Of a stretch of DNA of 20,412 nucleotides, positions 10,132 through 19,008 are shown piece after piece. Each line of letters opens with the position of its first letter. The stretch's first letter is position 1. The translations under genes were made by a program, and so were the position numbers. Under the pieces are notes generated by a model, which saw only the letters and a program-made list of their open reading frames with translations, was not told the DNA's origin and did no database searches. The DNA comes from Octopus sinensis (lineage: Eukaryota), in the NCBI RefSeq assembly GCF_006345805.1, contig NW_021824273.1, positions 1 to 20,412 on the forward strand, given 5' to 3'.

Positions 10132-11556
10132 CATACATATCATCTCTTGTGAAAGGTAGAAGAGTCCAGTTTGCTGGACATTGTTGTAGAGCTGAAAAAG
10201 AGGTAATTTCTACTCTTCTCCTCTGGAAGCCATCTACTCGCAATACTAGAGGGTGTACACTCTCCTACCCTGATGTAATCTCCAGGGATACAGGCATCCA
10301 GCAACAGGACCTCCGTAATGCCATGATGGACCGTGAAGTCTGGTGTATCATGGTATATTCCATTGTCTCGACCACAGTCGAACAATGATGGTGATGATAT
10401 ATATATATATATATACATACATACATACATACATACATATCATCTCTTGTGAAAGGTAGAAGAGTCCAGTTTGCTGAACATTGTTGTAGAGCTGAGAACG
10501 AGGTAATTTCTGCTCCTCTCCTCTGGAAGCCATCTACTCGCAATACCAGATGGCACACACTCTCCTACCCTGATGTAATCTCCAGAGATACAGACATCCA
10601 GCAACAGGACCTCCGTAATGCCATGATGGACCGTGAAGTCTGGCGTAGCATGGTATATTCCATTGTCTCGACCACGGTCGAACAATGATGATGATGATGA
10701 TGTATATATACATACATACATACATACATATCATCTCTTGTGAAAGGTAGAAGAGTCCAGTTTGTTGTAGAGCTGAAAACAAGGCAATTTCTACTCTTCT
10801 CCTCTGGAAGTCATCTACTCGCGATACCAGAGGGGCACACTCTCCTACCCTGATGTAATCTCCAGAGATACAGACATCCAGCAACAGGACCTCCGTATGC
10901 CATGATGGACCGTGAAGTCTGGCGTAGCATGGTATTCCATTGTCTCGACCACGGTCGAACAATGATGATGATGATTATATATATACATCATACATACCTA
11001 CATACATATCATCTCTTGTGAAAGGTAGAAGAGTCCAGTTTGTTGTAGAGCTGAAAACAAGGCAATTTCTACTCTTCTCCTCTGGAAGTCATCTACTCGC
11101 GATACCAGAGGGTGCACACTCTCCTACCCTGATGTAATCTCCAGGGATACAGGCATCCAGCAACAGGACCTCCGTAATACCATGATGGACCGTGAAGTCT
11201 GGCGTAGCATGGTATATTCCATTGTCTCGACCACGGTCGAACAATGATGATGATGATGATATATATATACATACATACATACATACATACATATCATCTC
11301 TTGTGAAAGGTAGAAGAGTCCAGTTTGTTGTAGAGCTGAAAACAAGGTAATTTCTACTCTTCTCCTCTGGAAGCCATCTACTTGCGATACCAGAGGGCGC
11401 ACACTCTCCTACCCTGATGTAATCTCCAGGGATACAGGCATCCAGCAACAGGACCTCCGTAATACCATGATGGACCGTGAAGTCTGGCGTAGCATGGTAT
11501 ATTCCATTGTCTCGACCACGGTCGAACAATGATGATGATGATGATATATATATACA

Positions 11557-11587
<31 letters not shown>

Positions 11588-13279
11588 CATCTCTTGTGAA
11601 AGGTAGAAGAGTCCAGTTTGTTGTAGAGCTGAAAACAAGGCAATTTCTACTCTTCTCCTCTGGAAGTCATCTACTCGCAATACCAGAGGGCGCACACTCT
11701 CCTCCCCTGATGTAATCTCCAGGGATACAGGTATCCAGCAACAGGACCTCCGTAATGCTATGATGGACCGTGAAGTCTGGTGTAGCATAGTAAATTCCAT
11801 TGTCTCGACCACGGTCGAACAATGATGATGATGATGATATATATATACATACATACATACATACATACATATCATCTCTTGTGAAAGGTAGAAGAGTCCA
11901 GTTTGTTGTAGAGCTGAAAACAAGGCAATTTCTACTCTTCTCCTCTGGAAGTCATCTACTCGCGATACCAGAGGGTGCACACTCTCCTACCCTGATGTAA
12001 TCTCCAGGGATACAGGTATCCAGCAACAGGACCTCCGTAATGCTATGATGGACCGTGAAGTCTGGTGTAGCATAGTAAATTCCATTGTCTCGACCACAAT
12101 CGAACAATGATGATGATGAGATATATATATATATATATACATACATACATATCATCTCTTGTGAAAGGTAGAAGAGTCCAGTTTGCTGGACATTGTTGTA
12201 GAGCTGAAAAAGAGGTAATTTCTGCTCTTCTCCTCTGGAAGCCATCTACTCGCAATACCAGAGGGCGCACACTCTCCTACCCTGATGTAATCTCCAGGGA
12301 TACAGGTATCCAGCAACCAGGACCTCCGTAATGCTATGATGGACCGTGAAGTCTGGTGTAGCATAGTAAATTCCATTGTCTCGACCACGTTTTGAACAAT
12401 GATGATGATGATGATATATATATACATACATACACTACATACATCCCATATCATCCTTGTGAAAGGTAGAAGAGTCCAGTTTGTGTAGAGCTGGAAAACA
12501 AGGCAATTTCTACTCTTCTTCCTCTGGAAGTCATCTACTCGCGATACCAGAGGGTGCACACTCTCTACCCTGATGTAATCTCCAGGGATACAGGTATCAG
12601 CAACAGGACCTCCGAATGCTATGATGGACCGTGAAGTCTGGTGTAGCATAGTTAATTCATTGTCTCGACCACAATCGAACACTGATGATGAGAATATATA
12701 TATATATATAACATACATACATTTCATCTCTTGTGAAAGGTAGAAAGTCCAGTTGCTGGACATTGTTGTAGAGCTGAAAAAGAGGTAATTCTGCTCTTCT
12801 CCTCTGGAAGCCATCTACTCGCAATACCAGAGGGCGCACACTCTCCTACCCTGATGAATCTCCAGGGATACAGGCTCCAGCAACAGGACCTCCGTTTAAT
12901 GCCATGATGGACCGTGAAGTCTGGCGTAGCATGGTATATTCCATTGTCTCGACCACGGTCGAACAACAATGATGGTGATGATATATCTATATATATACAT
13001 ACATACATATCATCTCTTGTGAAAGGTAGGAGAGTCCAGTTTGCTGGACATTGTTGTAGAGCTGGAAACGAGGCAATTTCTGCTCTTCTCCTCTGGAAGT
13101 CATCTACTCGCGATACCAGAGGGCACACACTCTCCTAACCTGATGTAATCTCCAGGGATACAGGCATCCAGCAACAGGACCTCCGTAATGCTGTGATGGA
13201 CCGTGAAGTCTGGCGTAACATAGTAAATTCCATTGTCTCGACCACGGTCAAACAATGATGATGATGATGAGACTCCAAT
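9912..13279 (+). repeat. Tandem array (1 partial + 11 full units, about 273-300 bp) of RTE/RTE-X LINE 3' ends with (GAT)n tail and TA/TACA spacer, flanked by a 10-bp direct repeat
   Basis: Unit starts (CATCTCTTGTGAAAGG or variant) at 10141, 10441, 10732, 11010, 11295, 11588, 11873, 12153, 12452, 12725 and 13011, with a truncated first unit from 9922. AGACTCCAAT lies at 9912-9921 and 13270-13279. Confidence 0.9.
10141..10388 (+). pseudogene. C-terminal fragment of an RTE/RTE-X-clade non-LTR retrotransposon ORF2 (array unit; also open at 10449-10688)
   Basis: Translation KGRRVQFAGHCCRAEKEVISTLLLWKPSTRNTRGCTLSYPDVISRDTGIQQQDLRNAMMDREVWCIMVYSIVSTTVEQ* shows the RRxxFAGH..W.P..RG...Y.D.I..D.G....L..AM.DR..W pattern typical of post-RT C-termini of RTE-group LINEs. 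The stop runs into a (GAT)n tail. No RT or endonuclease domain is present. Confidence 0.8.
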
Positions 13280-13356
13280 TGTAGTGTGGTTGGTGTAGGT
13301 TGGGTGGGAGCGGAACATCTAATCCATGCTTGCATGGAAGGTGGATGTATAATAAT

Positions 13357-13668
13357 GACATGCACGTTCACACCGACATGGACGCTGCCTGACTGGCGTC
13401 CGTGTCGGTGACACGTAAAAGCACCAACCGATCGTGACCCTTTGCCAGCCTGCCCTGGCCCCTGTGCCAGTGGCACGTAAAAAACACCCACTACCCTCAC
13501 GAGTGGTTGGTGTTAGGAAGGGCATCCAGCTGTAGAAACACTGCCACATCAGACTAGAGCCTGGTGCAGCCTCCTTGGCTTACCAGACCCCGGTCGAACC
13601 GTCCAACCCGTGCTAGCATGGAAAAACGGACATTAAATGACGATGATGATGATGATGATGATGATGAT
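13357..13668 (+). mobile_element. SINE-like family C, longest copy in the window, with (GAT)n tail
   Basis: Two GG(T/C)(G/A)CACGTAAAA(A)(G)CACC-type blocks, GGAAGGGCATCCAGCTGTAGAAAC, and a 3' end CCGTCCAACCCGTGCTAGCATGGAAAAACGGACATTAAATGA(CGA)(TGA)n. Confidence 0.85.
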
Positions 13669-13691
13669 ATATATATATATATATACAAAAT

Positions 13692-13811
13692 TTAAAGGAC
13701 TGACCACACTTGCTGAGTTTTTTCTTGAGAACACATTCTCCGTGGAAAATAGCGATTTTGACGTCTATATCTAGCATACATGCTGTCCACTTTTAGTGGT
13801 CAGTCCTTTAA
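13692..13811. mobile_element. 112-bp MITE with TTAA flanks (Kolobok-like termini)
   Basis: TTAA (13692-13695) + AGGACTGACCAC ... GTGGTCAGTCCT + TTAA (13808-13811). The inverted match extends to 19 bp (13689-13707 vs 13796-13814). Purine-purine termini with a TTAA target fit Kolobok rather than piggyBac (CCC termini). Confidence 0.55.
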
Positions 13812-13920
13812 ATTGTGTGTAAAAATATTTTAATCTTCGGATTTTTTTAATATGCTAGGCCACTGGTTTTAATTGATTAATATCAATTTCTACCCTTATT
13901 CAATTTTATATATATATATT

Positions 13921-14183
13921 GGCCCGCTGGCCCCCATACCGGTGGCACGTAAAAAGCACCATCCAATCGTGGCCGTTTGCCAGCCTCGTCTGCCACGTAA
14001 AAAGCACCCACTACACTCACAGAGTGGCTGGCGTTAGGAAGGGCATCCAGCCGTAGAAACATTGCCAGATCAGACTGGGCCTGGTGCAGCCTTCTGGCTT
14101 CCCAGACCCCAGTTGAACCGTCCAACCCATGCTAGCATGGAAAACAGACGTTAAATGATGATGATGATGATGATGATGATGAT
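13921..14183 (+). mobile_element. SINE-like family C copy with (GAT)n tail
   Basis: Collinear with 13357-13668. Confidence 0.85.
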
Positions 14184-14190
14184 ATATATA

Positions 14191-14220
<30 letters not shown>

Positions 14221-14223
<3 letters not shown>

Positions 14224-14760
14224 CGCACGAGTGGCTGTGTGGTAAGTAGGTTGTTTACCAACCACATGGTTCCGGGTTCAGTCGGCACCTTGGGCCAGTG
14301 TCTTCTACTATAGCCTCGGGCCGACCAAAGCCTTTTGAGTGGATTTGGTAGACGGAAACTGAAAGAAACCTGTCGTATATATGTATATATATGTATGTGT
14401 GTTTGTGTGTATGTGTTTGTCCCCCTAGCATTGCGTGACAACCGATGCTGGTGTGTTTATGTCCCCGTTACTTAGCGGTTCGGCAAAAGAGACCGATAGG
14501 ATAAGTACTGGGCTTACAAAAGAATAAGTCCTGGGGTCGAGTTGCTCGACTAAAGGCGGTGCTTCAGCATGGCCACAGTCAAATGACAACCGATGCTGGT
14601 GTGTTTATGTCCCTGTTACTTAGCGGTTCGGCAAAAGAGACCGATAGAATAAGTACTGGGCTTACAAAAGAATAAGTCCCGGGGTCGAGTTGCTCGATTA
14701 AAAAAGGCGGTGCTCCAGCATGGCCGCAGTCAAAATGACTGCAACAAGTAAAAGAGAAAA
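14221..14760 (+). mobile_element. SINE family A, full length, with a 148-bp internal tandem duplication of its 3' part
   Basis: Head AGGCGCACGAGTGGCTGTGTGG at 14221. TGACAACCGATGCTGG occurs at 14436 and again at 14584. Confidence 0.85.
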
Positions 14761-15321
14761 GAGAAATATATGTATCTGTGTGTGTGTGCATGAAAAAATT
14801 CTGCTATACACTTATATTAGGAAGGTTGGTCAGCTGAGCGCAGGGATGGGCTAGGACTCTGCATTTGGCCACTCAACCTGGTACCAGTAGATATCTTCCA
14901 TTCCACCGTTCACATACCGTTCGAGGTTAAACACACATCAACTCATAACCGGAGTCGCCAAAAACCATCCACATTTTTGCATTCCGTTTTTTTATTTCAT
15001 TTTCATTCTTTACATCAACAAAACTACAACATCTTCGTTCTCGTTTGTGTACTAATTAACTAATATCAATTTTTCGAATAGGTTTAACGGTAACTTCTTC
15101 CTTGCTTTATTTCTTTCTCTAATTTTTTTTCTTTTTTCTTTTTTTTTTTGCTGTTTTTTTGTTTTGTTTTGTCTTGAGGGTGTGTGGGGTGGCTAGGATT
15201 AAGTCTCTATTCCAAATATCTGTAATCTGTGTGTAACATCTGCCTGCTGGAGAAAATTGTTTTTCTCTTGACCTGGATTCTGTTAAGTGGCAGTGGATGT
15301 GCTACTGCTCTTGTTAGTTTG

Positions 15322-15375
15322 CATATATATATATATATATATATATATACGTATATATATATATACGTACATATA

Positions 15376-15419
<44 letters not shown>

Positions 15420-15420
15420 C

Positions 15421-15462
<42 letters not shown>

Positions 15463-15685
15463 TACATATATATATATAATATATATATATATACATATAT
15501 ATATATATTATATATATATATTATATATATATCTATATACGTACATATATATATAGATATATATATATATTATATACTCTTATATACTCTATACACATAT
15601 ATATATATATATATATATGTATGTATTATATATACATCATACATACACATATAACATATATGTATATCTGTTATCTCTCTATCTA

Positions 15686-15725
<40 letters not shown>

Positions 15726-15745
15726 TACATACACACACACACATG
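15322..15745. repeat. Compound (TA)n-dominated microsatellite
   Basis: Low-complexity run. Confidence 0.95.
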
Positions 15746-15748
15746 TTT

Positions 15749-16144
15749 ATGTGTGTGGTAAATAGCTTGCTTACGAACCATATGGTCCGGGTTCAGTCCC
15801 ACTGCGTGGCATCTTGGGCAAGTGTCTTCTACAATAGCCTTGGGCCAACTAAAACCTTGTGAGTGGATTTGGTAGATGGAAACTGAAAGAAGCCCATCCT
15901 ATATATATATACGTATAAATGTGTGTGTGTGTATGTGTGTGTGTGTGTGTATGTTTATCCCCCCACCATTCCTTGACAATGGATGCTGGTGTGTTTACAT
16001 CCCCGTAACTTAGCAGTTCGGCAAAAAAGAGACCGATAGAATAAGTACTAGGCTTACAAAGAATAAGTCCTGGGGTCGATTTGTTAGACTAAAGGCAGTG
16101 CTCCTGCATGGCCACAGTCAAATGGGTGAAAGAAATAAAAGAAT
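15749..16144 (+). mobile_element. SINE family A, near full length
   Basis: TGTGTGGTAAATAGCTTGCTT..GGTTCAGTCCCACTGCGTGGCATCTTGGGCAAG..GCATGGCCACAGTCAAATG. Confidence 0.85.
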
Positions 16145-16163
16145 ATATATATATATGTATATA

Positions 16164-16209
<46 letters not shown>

Positions 16210-16628
16210 GATAAAATATACATTTGTGTATTTGGGTGTATATATGTGTATAGATATATATATGTAGATGTATATGTATATATACATGGAGAAAAGAACA
16301 CTCAATATGAAATGTAGTTACTCGTACACATACAGACATACAGACATAGACATCAGTATGTGTTTATACACAACTCTATATTTTATATTGAGTACTCCTT
16401 TCACCTTGTTTACACATCTTTTTTTTTTCTGTCAAAAAATATACATTTGTGTGTGTGTGTGTATGTGTATCAAGCCAATAAGCCATTTCGAAAATTATAC
16501 AAGTTGTTTCCCTTAGACTAATAAACCCTTTTTATCCTTTCAACTCCTTTTTTTCCAATTAATTCATTCCATTATTGTTACTACTATTACTACTACTACC
16601 ACCACCACCACCACTATTATTATTATTG

Positions 16629-17230
16629 CCTATTTCTTTACTACCCATAAGGGGCTAAACATAGAGCGGACAAACAAGGACAGACAAACGGATTAAGTCG
16701 ATTACATCGACCCCAGTGCGTAACTGGTACTTAATTTATCGACCCTGAAAGGATGAAAGGCAAAGTCGACCTCGGCGGAATTTGAACTCAGAACGTAAAG
16801 ACAGACGATATACCTATTTCTTTACTTCCCACAAGGGGCTAAACATAGAGGGGACAAACAAGGACAGACAAACGGATTAAGTCGATTACATCGACCCCAG
16901 TGCGTAACTGGTACTTAATTTATCGACCCCGAAAGGATGAAAGGCAAAGTCGACCTCGGCGGAATTTGAACTCAGAACGTAAAGACAGACGATATACCTA
17001 TTTCTTTACTACCCACAAGAGGCTAAACATAGAGGGGACAAACAAGGACAGACAGAGGTATTAAGGTGATTACATTGACCCCAGTGCGTCACTGGTACTT
17101 AATTCATTGACATTGAAAGGATGAAAGGCAAAGTCGACCTCAGCGGAATTTGAACTCAGAACATAATGGCAGACGAAATACCACCAGGCATTTCGCCCGG
17201 CGTGCTAACGTTTCTGCCAGCTCGCCGCCT
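16629..17230 (-). mobile_element. tRNA-headed SINE family E with a 184-bp B-box-to-tail segment in three tandem copies
   Basis: CCTATTTCTTTACT starts at 16629, 16813 and 16997 (period 184). There is one head only (minus strand AGGCGGCGAGCTGGCAGAAACGTTAGCACGCCGGGCGAAATG). Each unit has B-box-like GAGTTCAAATTCC. Confidence 0.85.
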
Positions 17231-17249
17231 TATTACCATCATCATCATT

Positions 17250-17537
17250 GCCTTTGCGCAGCTTCTAATGCTGGAGATGTACTACGGTGTCAGCTGTTCA
17301 CTACCAGTGAACTAAGGTAACACCTCTTATTTTTCGAGCACCTACAGGGTGTTTTCTGCAAGTGCACCCACCCTTATTGCAGCCCCTATTTGTTCCATGT
17401 ATTTCTTGAGATTTTTATTCACGGTTTCCAGTGCTCCGACAATTATTGGTACTACTGCTTCCTTTTTCATCAACCACAACTACTTAACTTCCCAAGCTAA
17501 CCTGTCATATCTCTCGACTTTTCTTTCTGCCTTATCT
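17250..17537 (-). pseudogene. Degenerate 3' end of an R4/Dong-like (restriction-like endonuclease) non-LTR retrotransposon, family 1
   Basis: Manual translation DKAERKVERYDRLAWEVK*LWLMKKEAVVPIIVGALETVNKNLKKYMEQIGAAIRV, then shifted-frame HLQKT..VLEK*. This fits the K..KY.DL..E...LW.....VP.V.GALG..K.L..........LQKT.LLGTA.ILR.VL C-terminal motif. A short 3' UTR contains hairpin GTTCACT-ACC-AGTGAAC (17296-17312). Confidence 0.75.
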
Positions 17538-17560
17538 CTTTATTATTATTATTGATTGAT

Positions 17561-17746
17561 TGAGAGAAAAGGGCATGCCATCAAAGTGACACTGGGGTAC
17601 AAATATACGAAGCCCATGTTTCCAAAGGTGAATTATCCAAACCTCTAAGAATTCCTTTCAACACATGGCTATGATGCTCCCCCACTACTTCTGCTCATGA
17701 TCAGAGATGCACATATCATCAGCCACTAAGGGACATGCTCAAATGG
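17561..17746 (-). mobile_element. Internally deleted copy of a TAA-embedded non-autonomous element
   Basis: Same ends as 17869-18264, lacking 210 bp between two CCCA motifs. The strand is inferred only from the orientation of the (TAA)n tract. Confidence 0.75.
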
Positions 17747-17766
17747 ATTATTATTATTATTATTGC

Positions 17767-17811
<45 letters not shown>

Positions 17812-17866
17812 CATTATTATTATTATTATCATTATCATTATTATTATCATCATCATTATTATTATT
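17747..17866. repeat. (TTA)n/(TCA)n microsatellite; further tracts at 18265-18444 and 18827-19008
   Basis: Trinucleotide runs that give the poly-I/L/Y/N pseudo-ORFs. Confidence 0.95.
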
Positions 17867-17868
17867 AA

Positions 17869-18264
17869 GTGAGAGAGCAGTTCATGCCATCAAAGTGACA
17901 CTGGGGTAAAATATACGAAGCCCAATATACCCATCATGACTACCCGTCTGATAAAGGTACACCAGGCACATGCATCACAACCATATGTGCGCGACATGGT
18001 GATCTCATATCAAGATAAACAGCACATGACCTTGCAGGTGGGGCCCAGTTAGAATTTTCTTCTGGTTGAGTAACCCATCCCACTAAAAAGGTCCCTGAAT
18101 AAGGGTTGTTTAAGGATGTTGAACGAACTACCCATGTTTCCAAAGGTGAATTATCCAAACCTCCAAGAATTCCTTTCAACACACGGTTATGATGTTCCCC
18201 CACTACTTCTGCTCATGATCAGAGATGCACATATCGTCAGCCACTAAGGGACATGCTCAAACGG
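17869..18264 (-). mobile_element. About 396-bp TAA-embedded non-autonomous element (SINE-like, no recognisable tRNA head)
   Basis: Flanked on both sides by (TTA)n, with a second, deleted copy at 17561-17746. No convincing coding signal. Confidence 0.7.
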
Positions 18265-18289
18265 ATTATTATTATTATTATTGCTATTA

Positions 18290-18335
<46 letters not shown>

Positions 18336-18369
18336 GCTATTATCATTATTATTATCATTATCATTATTA

Positions 18370-18418
<49 letters not shown>

Positions 18419-18444
18419 GCTATTATCATCATTATTATTAATAT

Positions 18445-18826
18445 TACTTTTTTTTTTCTTCTTTCAAATTTGCTTCCATTTCTTGCCGAGTGTCTTCCCG
18501 ACTCCTAGGGCAAAGAAACTCATAGTATACATTGGTAGGCCATTAAACCAAACTCAATAGTTCGTTCAATTCTTTTTTTTTTTTTTTCCTAAGTTAAATT
18601 AAAATACATTAGCAGCAACAGTTCTCACATCGACAATGCTCTTCTCAATACGTGTGATGTACCAGTTAAGACAATCTTTTGCACTTCTTGCAGGAATGGT
18701 AAACCAGGGATCATTCTCATATAATTTTCGGTTCCCTTCTTGATCATTCCTAGTGCTCCTACGATCACTGGTATTGTAACCGCCTTCAGATGCCACATTT
18801 TCTCAATTTCAATGAGTAGGTCTTTT
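18445..18826 (-). pseudogene. 3' end of an R4/Dong-like (restriction-like endonuclease) non-LTR retrotransposon, family 2: ORF C-terminus (18826-18625) plus 3' UTR
   Basis: Translation KDLLIEIEKMWHLKAVTIPVIVGALGMIKKGTENYMRMIPGLPFLQEVQKIVLTGTSHVLRRALSM* (TGA at 18627-18625) fits the RLE-LINE C-terminal motif. The N-terminal part of the 149-aa track ORF is only (TAA)n. The 3' UTR ends in an A-rich/(TAA)n tail. Confidence 0.8.
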
Positions 18827-18898
<72 letters not shown>

Positions 18899-18961
18899 TC
18901 ATTATTATTATTATTATTGCTATTATTATTATTATTATTATTATCATTATCAATATCATCA

Positions 18962-19008
<47 letters not shown>

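Noticed and set aside
9912-13279. CRISPR array or repetitive protein gene
   Set aside because: Units are about 290 bp and repeated along their whole length, with no unique spacers and no cas genes. Each unit has a stop codon and many are frameshifted. The minus-strand ORFs are antisense read-through.
9912-13279. Hammerhead ribozyme (retrozyme) in the array unit
   Set aside because: The consensus has CTGATGT rather than the CTGANGA core. The single CTGATGA near 12851 results from a one-base deletion in a noisy unit, and I could not build stems II/III by eye. An Infernal or RNAbob search for hammerhead and HDV-like motifs would be needed to exclude ribozymes fully.
14820-15040. Possible exon or promoter in a unique GC-richer patch (minus-strand donor-like ACG|GTATGT)
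   Set aside because: No open frame or acceptor pairing is convincing, and nothing is recognisable without transcript data.
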